From: Hemiscyllium ocellatum
Taxonomy: Eukaryota
NCBI RefSeq assembly: GCF_020745735.1
Contig: NC_083401.1
Span: 131,375,740-131,439,739, forward strand
Direction: 5' to 3'
Length of the DNA stretch: 64,000 nt
Shown: in pieces, positions 42,745-54,479 of the stretch
How positions within the stretch are numbered: position 1 is the first letter of the stretch
How the letters are laid out: each line of letters starts with the position of its first letter
Translations under genes and position numbers: made by a program
Notes under the pieces: model-generated
What the model was told of the DNA's origin: nothing
Databases searched by the model: none
The model's input: only the letters and a program-made list of their open reading frames with translations

Positions 42745-43150
42745 GATAGAGTCATAGTATCTTACAGCATGAAAGTGGACCCTTTGGTCTGACTTGTCCC
42801 TGCCAACCAGGCATCCCAATCTGACCTAGTCCCATTTGCCAGCATTTGGCCCATATCCCTCCAAACCCTTCATATTCATATACCCATCCAGATTCCTTTT
42901 AAATGTTGTAATTGTGCCAGCCTCCACCACATCCTCTGGCAGTTCATTCCATACACATACCACTCTCTGTGTGATAACATTTCCCCTCAGGTTCCTTTTA
43001 ATTATTTCCCCTCTCACCCCATACCAAAGCTCATTAGTTTTGGATTCACCAACCCTAGGAAAAAGACCTTGGCTAATCATCCTATCCATGCCAGTCATGA
43101 TTCTATAAACGTCGATAAGGTCACCTCTTAGCCAACGACACTGCAGGGAA
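42745..43150 (-). mobile_element. CR1 LINE 3' fragment
   Basis: LRGDLIDVY...QRVVCVWNELPEDVVEAGTITTFKRNLD; tail repeat at the left end. Confidence 0.88.
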
Positions 43151-43154
43151 AAAG

Positions 43155-46100
43155 ATAGATAGAACATAGAACATAGAACAATACAGCACAGAACAGGCCC
43201 TTCGGCCTACGATGTTATGCCGAACATCTAATCTAGGTTAAGCACCCATCCATGTACCTATCCAATTGCCGCTTAAAGGTCGCCAATGATTCTGATTCTA
43301 CCACTCCCACGGGCAGCGCATTCCATGCCCCCACCACTCTCTGGGTAAAGAACCCACCCCTGACGTTTCCCCATACCTTCCACCCTTCACCTTAAATTTA
43401 TGTCCTCTTGTAACACTCTGTTGTACCCAGGGTAAAAGTTTATGACTGTCTACTCTATCTATTCCTCTGATCATCTTATAAACCTCTATCAAGTCACCCC
43501 TCATCCTTTGCCGTTCCAATGAGAAAAGGCCGAGAACTCTCAACCTATCCTCGTACAACCTATTCTCCATTCCAGACAACATCCTGGTAAATCTTCTCTG
43601 CAACCTCTCCAAAGCTTCCACATCTTTCCTATAGTGAGGCGACCAGAACTGCACACAGTACTCCAAATGTGGCCTAACCAAAGTCCTGTACAGCTGCAAC
43701 ATCACTTCACGACTCTTGAATTCAATCCCTCTGCTAATGAACGCTAATACACCATAGGCCTTCTTACAAGCTCTATCCACCTGAGTGGCAACTTTCAAAG
43801 ATCTATGTACATGGACCCCAAGATCCCTCTGTTCCTCCACCTGACTAAGAACCCTACCGTTAACCCTGTATTCCGCATTCTTATTTGTTCTTCCAAAATG
43901 GACAACCTCACATTTGGCAGGGTTGAACTCCATCTGCCACTCCTCAGTCCAGGTCTGCATCATATCTAAGTCCCTTTGCAGCCGACAACAGCCCTCCTCA
44001 CTGTCCACAACTCCACCAATCTTCGTATCATCTGCAAATTTACTGACCCACCCTTCGACTCCCTCATCCAAGTCATTAATAAAAATTACAAACAGCAGAG
44101 GACCCAGAACTGATCCCTGCGGAACTCCACCTGCAACTGGGCTCCCGGCTGAATATTTACCATCTACCACCACTCTCTGACTTCGACCGGTTAGCCAGTT
44201 TTCAATCCAATTGGCCAAATTTCCCTCTATCCCATGCCTCCTGACTTTCCGCATAAGCCTACCATGGGGAACCTTACCAAATGCCTTACTAAAATCCATG
44301 TACACTACATCCACTGCTCTACCCTCATCCACATGCTTGGTCACCTCCTCAAAGAATTCAATAAGACTTGTAAGGCAAGACCTACCCATCACAAATCCGT
44401 GCTGGCTGTCCCTAACCAAGCAGTGTCTTTCCAGATACTCATAAATCCTATCCCTCAGTACCCTTTCCATTACTTTGCCTACCACAGAAGTAAGACTAAC
44501 TGGCCTGTAATTCCCGGGGTTATCCCTATTCCCTTTTTTGAACAGGGGCACAACATTCGCTACTCTCCAGTCCCCTGGTACCACCCCCGTTGACAGTGAA
44601 GACGAAAAGATCATTGCCAACGGTACTGCAATTTCCTCTCTTGCTTCCCACATAATCCTAGGATATATCCCGTCAGGCCCGGGGGGACTTGTCTATCCTC
44701 AAGTTGTTCAAAATGTTCAACACATCTTCCTTCCTAACAAGTATCTCTTCTAGCTTACCAGTCCGTTTCACACTCTCCTCTTCAACAATACGGTCCCTCT
44801 CGTTCGTAAATACTGAAGAAAAGTACTCATTCAAGACCTCTCCTATCTCTTCCGACTCAATACACAATCTCCCACTACTGTCCTTGATCGGACCTACCCT
44901 CGTTCTCGTCATTCTCATGTTTCTCACATACGCATAAAATGCCTTGGGGTTATCCTTGATCCTATCCGCCAAGGATTTTTCATGCCATCTCTTAGCTCTC
45001 CTAATCCCTTACTTCAGGTCCCTTCTGGCTATCCTGTATCCCTCTACTGCTCTGTCTGAACCCTGTTTCCTCAACCTTATGTAAGCCTCCTTCTTCCTCT
45101 TTACTAGACGTTCAACCTCCCTTGTCAACCAAGGCTCCCTCACACGACCATTTCTTTCCTGCCTGATAGGTACATACATATCAAGGACACGTCGTAAATG
45201 CTCCTTGAAAAAGTTCCACATTTCCACCACATCCATCCCTGACAGCCTATGCTCCCAACTTATGCTCCTCAAATCCTGTCTTACAGCATCGTAATTTCCC
45301 TTCCCCCAATTGTAAAATCTACCCTGTTGTGCGCACCTATCTCTCTCCATAACCAAGGTGAAAGTCACAGAATTGTGGTCACCATCACCAAAATGTTCAC
45401 CCAGTAACAAGCCCATCACTTGTCCCAGTTCATTACCGAGTACCAAATCCAATATGGCATCCCCTCTGGTTGGACAATCTACATACTGAGTTAGATAAGC
45501 TTCCTGGACACACTGCACAAACACCGCCCCATCCAATCTACTTGATCTAAAGAGCTTCCAATCAATATTTGGGAATTGAAGTCGCCCATGATTACGACCC
45601 TGTGGCTTCTGCACCTTTCCAAAATCTGTTTCCCAATCTGTTTCTCCACATCTCTGCTGCTATTGGGGAGCCTATAGTAAGCACCCAACAAGGTGACTGC
45701 ACCTTTCCTATTTCTGACTTCAGCCCATACTACCTCCAAAGGCAGATCCCCCTCAAACTTCCTTTCTGCAGCCGTTATACCATTTCTAATTAGCAATGCC
45801 ACCCCCCCTCCTTTTTTACCACCCTCCCTAATCTTACTGAAACATCTGTAACCAGGAACCTCCAACAACCATTCCTGTTCCTCATCTATCCACGTTTCCG
45901 TGATGGCCACAACATCGTAGTCCCAGGTACCGATCCACGCCTTAAGTTCACCCACCTTATTTCTGATACTCCTTGCGTTGAAGTATACGCACTTGAGCCT
46001 ATCTCTGTGTCCGCAAGTATTCCCTGTCAGTGCTACCTTCTCCACAGCCTCCCTACATTCTTGGACATCCTGACAAACAGCTAGCTTACTTGCTGGACTA

Positions 46101-46476
46101 CAAGTCCGGATCCCATCTCCCTACCAAATTAGTTTAAACCGCCACCCGAAGAGTGCTAGCAAACCTACCCCCCAGGATATTGGTGCCCTTCTGGTTCAGG
46201 TGCAACCCGTCCTGTTTGTACAGGTCCCACCTTCCCCAGAATGCAGTCCAATTGTCCAAATACCTGAAGCCCTCCCTCCTACACCATCCTTGCAGCCACG
46301 TGTTCAACTGCACTCTCTCCCTATTCCTTGCCTCACTGTCACGTGGCACCGGCAACAACCCAGAGATGACGACTCTGTCTGTCCTAGCTTTTACTTTCCA
46401 GCCTAACTCCCTGAGCTCTTGAATGACCTCCCCACCCCTCTTCCTACCTATGTCGTTGGTGCCAATGTGTACCACG
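43155..46476 (-). mobile_element. Relatively young 5'-truncated CR1 LINE: end of ORF1 (SGNH esterase-like) plus frameshifted ORF2 (AP endonuclease and RT)
   Basis: ORF1 motifs VHIGTNDIG and DGLHLN (46134-46493). APE motifs YFNARSIRNK, AITETW, MGDFN, LDLVL, GDHN. RT motifs [25 protein letters not shown] (43298-44653). 3' (TTCTATG)n tail at about 43155-43180. Confidence 0.95.
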
Positions 46477-46623
46477 AAGATGCTGCTGTTCAATGTAGAT
46501 ACAGTCCGTGCAGATACTTTTCTGGTAATTTTGTTTCTGTGAATACTGCAAGAGCCATCACTGTGAGAATGAACTTACAAACATGGAATAGACATTGACT
46601 TGATTTTTGCTTTCATGTTACAG

Positions 46624-46701
46624 AATTAATCTACAAGGAGGTAATGGATTTTGAAGAGAAAACTAAAAACGGTGTTGTGAAGGGACAACCCTCTCCCTCA
46701 G
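46624..46701 (+). CDS. MAPK10: JNK3 penultimate coding exon: (E)[25 protein letters not shown]
   Basis: 78 nt. Acceptor tttcatgttacag; donor CAG|gtaaat. [16 protein letters not shown] is JNK3-type. Confidence 0.95.
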
Positions 46702-47409
46702 GTAAATCCAGTAACCCTGTACAGAGATTGTCACAACCCTCTCCCTCAGGTAAATCCAGTAACCCTGTACAGAGATAATCACAACCCTCTCCCTCAGGTA
46801 AATCCAGTAACCCTGTACAGAGATTGTCACAACCTTCTCCCTCAGGTAAATCCAGTAACCCTGTACAGAGATTGTCACAACCTTCTCCCTCAGGTAAATC
46901 CAGTAAACCTGTACAGAGATTGTCACAACCCTCTCCCTCAGGTAAATCCAGTAACCCTGTACAGAGATAATCACAACCTTCTCCGTCAGGTAAATCCAGT
47001 AACCCTGCACAGAGATATTCACAACCCTCTCCCTCAGGTAAATCCAGTAACCCTGTACAGACAGAATCACAACATTCTCCCTCAGGTAAATCCAGTAACC
47101 CTGTACAGAGATAATCACAACCTTCTCCCTCAGGTAAATCCAGTAACCCTGTACAGAGATAATCACAACCCTCTCCCTCAGGTAAATCCAGTAACCCTGT
47201 ACAGAGATAATCACAACCTTCTCCGTCAGGTAAATCCAGTAACCCTGCACAGAGATATTCACAACCCTCTCCCTCAGGTAAATCCAGTAACCCTGTACAG
47301 ACAGAATCACAACATTCTCCCTCAGGTAAATCCAGTAACCCTGTACAGTGATAATCACAACCCTCTCCCTCAGGTGAATCCAGTAACCCTGTACAGAGAT
47401 AATAACAAC
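46685..47409. repeat. 48-bp minisatellite, about 15 copies, seeded from the exon/intron junction
   Basis: Unit acaaccctctccctcaggtaaatccagtaaccctgtacagagat(aa/tg)tc. CAG|GT recurs every 48 nt from 46702 to 47374. Confidence 0.97.
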
Positions 47410-48059
47410 GTCTGACAATCAATCTTATTTTATCTTGTTCAGTTTTATTCCGTTATTCCTAATCCATTCCAGAAATGTGTTTAACCCATCATTTGAATAT
47501 ATTCTCCAGCTGAAAGTTTATATATTTTATTGTAAGTGTTCCGAAAAGTCTAAATCGTTTTGTTGGTCAATACATTAACAGAAAACAGTATTGGATTTAT
47601 TGAGTAGGGTTGTGCAGAAGCCTGAATGATGTATGCTATGCTGAGATTTAAGGCAGAACTACATGAGATGTCTGGGCAGGCATGTTCCAATGTCACCTTG
47701 CTCTATCTTTTATCTGTTTGCTGGGCAGCAAGACAAGGTTTCTCATTCGGCAATGGGGAGTTGCCAATTCAGAGGATTATTGTTTGCTAAACACTTAAGG
47801 TAATACTGCCGTTTGTCTCATTAATATTCACTTTTCTGTTTTGCCAAATGTGCAGAACAATCTTGATGTGGAGTAGTGTCATCATGGACTTCAGAATGGG
47901 CACCTGAAGAATTCAGCACTAAAGGACCTCCATATTAGACACTGGGCATCAACATCTCAGGATACTGGCTACATGAGCCCCATATTCACAGATATTGGTA
48001 TCTGACATGTATAACCTTCTGGGAATCCTTGTGGCATATGTCTGATTAGACTTTTTTTT

Positions 48060-48374
48060 AGAATAGACTCCCTACAGTGTGGAAACAGGCCATTCGGCCC
48101 AACAAATCCACAATGACCCTCCAAAGAGTATCCCACCCAGACCCATTTCTCTCTGGTTAATGCACCTAACACCATGAGCAATTTAGCAGGGCCAATTCAC
48201 CTGATCTGCACATCTTTGGACTGTGGGAGGAAACCAGAGGACCCAGAGGAAATCCACGCAGACACAAGGAGAATGTGCAAACTCCACACAGACAGTCGCC
48301 TGAGGCTGGAATCGAACTTGTGACAGTGGTGCTGTGAGACAGCAGTGCTAACCACTGAGCCACCATGCCGCCCA
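48060..48374 (-). mobile_element. V-SINE (HE1-like)
   Basis: Full copy, with the head gcagtgctaaccactgagccaccatgccgccc. Confidence 0.88.
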
Positions 48375-50480
48375 CTTACAGGATATTTCTGCACTTTAAC
48401 ACTACACCTCGGGTTTTACTAGCAACTCTCATTGTAACGGTGTAGCAGGGACACTGTGCACTCAGGGATGCACATCCAGTTCATGGACTGGACCAGGCTC
48501 TCTCTCCAGTCTGGCCATTTCCTGTCACAGTGTACACTCACTCTGAGTCTACTCAGAGCATCACTTGTCTTGGCTTGCTTTGCCTTTTGCCCCCTCAGCC
48601 ATGGATACCAGGCTGTATTGCCTTTCTGTTCAGCACAGATACAGGCTGAAAGCTTCTCATGGTTGTGAGCAGATCTCTGTCAAATCGAGGGAGATAGCCT
48701 TCAGGTGTGAGCATAGTAAGTCAGGAGCATTCTCTGAAACGAGTCCAGGGGGTTGTCCATGGTCAGTCAGCCCCTTGGGCATGGCCAGAGTCAGCAGTCC
48801 CTCCACGTGATGGCGAGGAGCTGAATGTCAGGCAGCTCACCACTCATTGTGACATTTTCTGGCCCATTGTGGGCTGTTTTCATCCTGGAATGGTTGGCGG
48901 TGGGGTGGGGGGGGGGGGAGGAGGCATGAAATAAGGGAGTCAAAAGTGGGTGGCATGTGCTGTTGTTGTTGGTGCAGGTAGTGAGGTGCCCTAAGCAAGT
49001 GACTGGGCAGCACAGAGGGCATGCAGGGTTAGTGCTGTCAAGGAGCAAATTACAGCAGATGCTAGAAACTGTACTAAAAACAAAAAATGCTGGAGATCAC
49101 AGCAGGTCAGGCAGCATCCATGGCGAGACAGCAAGCAAACATTTTGAGTCTGGATGATTCTTCATCAGAGCTGACGTTAGTGCTGTCGAGGGTTGTGGAT
49201 GACAATGAATGAAGGAAAATGTCATAGGCAATAGTGAGCCTTGGTGGCAGCTGGGTACAGTAGCAGAGTTAGAGTGAGTATTAGGTATCACTTACCCCGG
49301 CAGAGTGAGCAAAGTTATTTGACCTTCTTCCTTCATCATTGTGGATTCCTCCAGACGGCTAGAAGCAGTGATCCGGTCATCAATCTCGGACCAGACTGAG
49401 TAATCTGGAAACAGGCTGGTATGGTGTGGTGTATTGGGTGTTGGTCCTGGGGTAAGCAGACACCCTGCATTGGCACCACCCCATCCAGTAGGGCATCCAG
49501 TTTCAGCCCACAAAGAGGAATGTCAATTTCCCCTTGTCTGCCACATCTGGGGTAAATGTCATGAACTGCACAGGACTGCTAAGAACCAACAGCTTTTCCA
49601 GGTGCCCAACGGGCAATGCACCAGGGATGCGGTCAATTTCAGGATATCTGGTAAGTGGTGAATTGTTCTGGGAATGGCTGATGGTAAGATAAGGCTAGAA
49701 TTGGACAAGAAGGACACCACAGGGACAAGTTGATGAGGTGAGATTGTTAAAAATACACCTCTCTTTTACTTTGGTAAAAGTCTCCTCTCTGGATCATGGT
49801 TCTTTAAGTTTTGCTCTTCCTTTCCTGGTCACTAGGGGGCAGTAAATAATATAAAATGAAGTGAATTTGAAGGATTGAAATTGGGACAGAGAGCAGGATA
49901 ATCCGGTGTGACTGATTCCTGACAATATGCTTTTGCCAATGTGTTCTAAACATTTTTAGAGAAGTGGCATTTTCTGGTTGTTGTCACTAACGTGGTGACT
50001 GCTTCCTCATCAACATTTTGACTTTCTTCCTGTTTGGGCATCATTTGGAATGCTGGCCAATTATACTTTAGAGATGGAGTTAGTCACTAATCTTTGAGAA
50101 TATATTGACACATTCCTATCGGCTTTTTGTCTAAAGTTACAGGATGAAGGAAAATATCATTCCTAATGGCTTTTCTGATTTGGGACTTTGTCACGTGAGG
50201 AATATTTTCAGCCCTTTGCTCTGAAATGCCTTCTTGCCTTTCAAAACATTCTACAAATATACTTTACACAATCATATTTGATATGGAATACATTTTTACC
50301 TTGCCTTTAAAAACTTACTTTAAAATTGATTACAGTTTATATGAAGATTAATTATTGAGCTATCTTCTTAAGATGCTCTTTGCTCAAACATTTTACTAAC
50401 ACCGTCAGATCTAAAACTCTATTGCCCTATTAATTTTTTTTTGATTCATGCCTGAGAAGGTGGGGTGACTGAATTTAATA

Positions 50481-50830
50481 GCACATAATCCCTACAGTGT
50501 GGGAGCAGGCCATTCTGCCCATTGAGTCTACACCAATCCTCCAAAGAGCATCCCATCCACACCCACCCTGTCCCTGTAACCCTGCATTTCCCATGGCTAA
50601 TTCCACTGAGCCTACACATCCCTGAACACTGTGGGCAATTTAGCATGGCCAATCCACCTAACCTGCATGTCTTTGGACTGTGGGAGGAAACCGGAGCACC
50701 CGGAGGAAACCCACGCAGACACAGGGGCAATGTGCAAACTCCACACAGACAGAAGCCTGAGGCTGGAATCAATACTGTGTCCCTGGTACTGAGGCAACAG
50801 TGCTAACGACTGAGCCACCATGCCACCCCA
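50481..50830 (-). mobile_element. V-SINE (longer subfamily)
   Basis: Full copy with internal duplication (ccatggctaattccactgagcct / catggccaatccacctaacct). Confidence 0.86.
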
Positions 50831-51380
50831 CGGTATAAACTATGTGTTTTTATCATTTCCAATATTCAAGGAGCCTATTCTACACGTGCAAATGCCCTGC
50901 CCTCAGTTGACAGCAGAAGTTTGAGTGTTGCTGGTAGTGACTCTCCAGTTCTACCTCTATTGTAACAGTTGACAGAAACTCCTTATGTGAAGAATGGGGT
51001 AGGCTTTGACTCTGAGATAATATTTAATAGATGCTATTGAACTAGCAGATTATATTGCGTATGACCTTTATTTACATTGAAGTCAATGGAAATTAAATCT
51101 GGACGAGTTTGCTCTTTGGTATTGAATGGAATATGTCATTGAATTTGCCATGTATTGAATGGAAATGCTCAAGCTCTGTGGCTGCTGAAATCTGAACGAA
51201 TAAAATAAAACACAAATGAATGAAAAAAAAGGTAGAAAGGCAGGTATTCAGAGGGACACAAATGGTTTACAGTGAAATAGTGATAGGTAAGTGGGTAAGA
51301 AGTTGGCAAATGGAGTACAATTTGGGAAAACATGAAGTTATTCATTTTGGATGGGAGAGCAATAGAACAGGATATTAATT

Positions 51381-51677
51381 GGGGTAGCACGGTGGCTCAG
51401 TGGTTAGCACTGCTACCTCATAGCCCCAGGTTCGATTCCAGCTTCGGGCGACTGTCTGTGTGGAGTTTGCACATTCTCTGCATGGGCTTCCTCTGGGTGC
51501 TCTGGTTTCCTCCCACAGTCCAAAGATGTGCAGGTCAGGTGAATTGGCCATGCTAAATTGCCCATAGTGTTAGGTGCATTTGTCAGCGGGGAAGTGGGTC
51601 TGTTACTCTTCGGAGGGTCGGTGTGGATTGGTTAGGTCAAAGGGCCTGTTTCCACACTGTAGGGAATCTAATCTAAT
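51381..51677 (+). mobile_element. V-SINE inserted in a degraded CR1 fragment
   Basis: ggggtagcacggtggctcagtggttagc...ggttcgattcc...gggaatctaatcta; flanked by CR1 RT remnants (tggcaaatggagtacaat). Confidence 0.88.
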
Positions 51678-53385
51678 TTAATGGAGAAAAGCTGCAATAT
51701 AAAGGGACTTAGGAGGCTTTTTTTTTGTATTTTTTATTTAATGTTATTGCAGTAAAAGCATGTTACATTTCTATACTGCAAATGTATAATTGCAATGAAA
51801 AGTGATAGTTTTCAATGAGCTTACCTCTTATTCAGAAGTTCAAGCTCATACTACTTGGTCACTTCTCTTAGACCAGTGCTCCCAGCCCAGGAATTGACCT
51901 AGTCACCATGTTTGCTGCTTTTGTCCTGATGAATCCTTTCTGAGCTCAGTTTGCCATATTTCGCAGTGGTGATGTTGAGATCAGGTGGTCAATAAGGAGA
52001 TTTTTTTCCCTCTCTACCAGAACCTTGCATGGTGGAGTGTTGAACGACTATACCCCTTGAAGATTTTCACTCTCTTTTTGAATAACATTGACTGCTAAAA
52101 TGGGCACATGTATACCAGGTGCAATTGAATGAAGAGAATTGTGAGATGATGCATTTTTTCAGAAAAAATGATGAGTCAAAGTTATACCATTTAATTTATA
52201 TTAATAAGGATTCTGGATAAATCTTTGAAGGTCACGGGGACAAATTGATAAATTATTAAAATTATAAGTGATCGTGGATTTTATAAACAGACATATAGGA
52301 CATAAAAGCAAGGAAAGGTTGTGTTAAATCTTTATGAATCACTGATTAGATGCCAGCTACAGTACTGTATGCAATCTGGGCATCGCACTTTAGGAATGAT
52401 GTCAAGATTTTAAAATTGATTTATTGGTTAAAGAGTAATCTAGTAAAATTGATGAAAATTATATGAACTTGAACCTTGCTGAAAAAAAGACATATTTTGT
52501 CATCTTTCACACTCATCAGGATATTTCACAAGATTACAATTTCAAAGGGAAAAACAACATTTATAGTCCAGGAAAGGGGAGTGCTGATTGGTAAATGGAC
52601 TCTGCTTGGTTGAGATATTGCCACGAAAAATGCACCCATTAATGCTGATTGACAATTAACAGCCAGACTTTGTGTAACTTTTAAATTCTTGCAAACGGTG
52701 CAGGAAAGAACATTTTGACAAATTGTGTATTTTTTCAGCCATATGCAAAATTATTGGGTTTTTAATCTAGCTAATTAAAAAAGAAACTGTTTCTACTCAT
52801 AAGAGACTCACTAAGCAAGCAACATATATTTAAGGTTATGGCAAAAAAAATGTTGGGAAAATATTTTTACTCTGGGTTATTGTAAACTACAGTGTATTAT
52901 CTGGATAATCTGGTGATGAAAGCAAATTGCACACTAACTTTCTAAAATGAAGTGAATGCATAATTAATGAAGGGGGAATGTTGTCTGAATTTATAATCCT
53001 TTTTTTTAATTGTATCCACAGGGATTAATTGACAGATGTATTTTCTGATGCGATTGTAAATTTTTATCCCTCCTGTGGTCAAAGACAATGCACCACTATT
53101 TTTACGATGGTTGAGCTTGTGCTTGGACCAATGCTAGTTAAGGATGAAAGTAGTTTGGTCCTGATCCCTGGAGACCAGTTTGTTCCAGAAACAAGGAGGT
53201 ACTGTTATCAGTGGTTCCACTTGTTTAAGGTCACTGCACTGAAAATGCAAATCGGGAGAAATAAAGAAAGAGCAGATTGCTGATTTGCTGTTGCCTGCTT
53301 TACACTTACACCCACAAAGTCAATATAATCCTCAAGGTTCCAAAGTAGGAGATGCAAGAAAGAGCCTATTGTTTATGAGGGAATA

Positions 53386-54455
53386 CCCCAGCTCCATTTT
53401 TGGTTGGTCTTGATTTGGTTTCCCCTCAGGTAAGAACTGCAGTAATGGGAGTTTTTCTAATAGTTGTTTCTAGCTCCACTAACAGTTTGCGAGATGACCT
53501 ATGGTGTTAGTTAATATTATAAATTTATGGCCTGACCTGTAATATAGGTTGATTATGTTCTTGAGAATCAGATTAATCAGATTTCCAGTCCACTTAGCTG
53601 TACATTGGCTCTCCGACTGACGTAAATAAAATGTATAACTGTACACCTGATTTAACCATTCAACATTTGATATTTTCAACAGTGTGTATTTAATTTCTAT
53701 CAGGCATTTCCAGTGTATTGCGATGTCCAATTTAGAACAAATTTCCTAGTGTTACTCTGTCTGCTGTGATCCAGTGGTTGCGCTCTTGCCTCTGAATCCG
53801 AAGACTGTGGCTTCAATTCCCACCACATCAGAGACTCGAAGTTGAAATTGAGGTTGACCCTTTAATATTGAGAGAGTGTTACATTGTTGGTCCCATTTGC
53901 TCTTCACTGGAGGCAAAAGATCCCATGCCATGATTTGAAGAAGACCAGGACAGCTCTTCCCTGAGCCTGGCCAACATATATCCCTACTGAAAAAAAACCT
54001 CCAATAATCAGTTCATTACCTGCTGATGGCAGCTTGCTATGTATGCATTAGCTGCTTTATTTTCTTCATTACTTTAAGAATAATTCACTGACCACAAATT
54101 ATTTTGGGATGTTCTGCAGTTATGAGAGAGACTATATACCTTTCTTGTTTTCTCTTTGTTTTTCAAGAAATTGATGATTTATAATTTCAAAAATGGATGA
54201 ATTTCATTGCTTGTTTCTACTTGTGGAGGTAAGTCCCCAGCTCCACTTTCAGATACTCTTGGTCTTTCGAATAATAGCTTTGGTTTCCCCTCAGGTAATA
54301 ACAGCAGTGATGGGAATTTTTAATATTTTGTTTTTTCTAATAATGATTTGTAGCTTCACTACCAGTTTGCAAGGCGATCTTTGGTATTAGTTAATATTAT
54401 AAATTTGTGCCCGACCGTAGAATAGGATTGTAATGTTCTCAAGAGTCAGATTTTG
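53386..54455. repeat. Diverged local duplication (about 53386-53575 and 54236-54455)
   Basis: Shared blocks ccccagctcca, tttggtttcccctcaggtaa and ttagttaatattataaattt. Confidence 0.8.
53760..54160 (+). mobile_element. Old DeuSINE-like copy
   Basis: cagtggttgcgctcttgcctctgaatccgaagactgtggcttcaattcc head; aaaagatcccatg...gaagaagaccagga...cctggccaacatata. Confidence 0.65.
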
Positions 54456-54479
54456 AATCACTTAGTTATACTAAATGAC

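Noticed and set aside
43298-44653. 451-aa reverse transcriptase ORF as a host or domesticated gene
   Set aside because: It is part of a frameshifted, 5'-truncated CR1 with a normal tail.
46685-47409. CRISPR-like regular array
   Set aside because: Head-to-tail tandem units without unique spacers, in a vertebrate intron, with no cas genes.
46631-47422. Long minus-strand ORFs (263 aa and 251 aa) with Cys-rich or WIYL repeats
   Set aside because: Artefacts of a 48-bp repeat lacking stops in two antisense frames; no independent gene signals.
48893-48925. G-rich run with G-quadruplex potential
   Set aside because: A homopolymer within degraded repeat-like sequence, prone to length error; no functional evidence.
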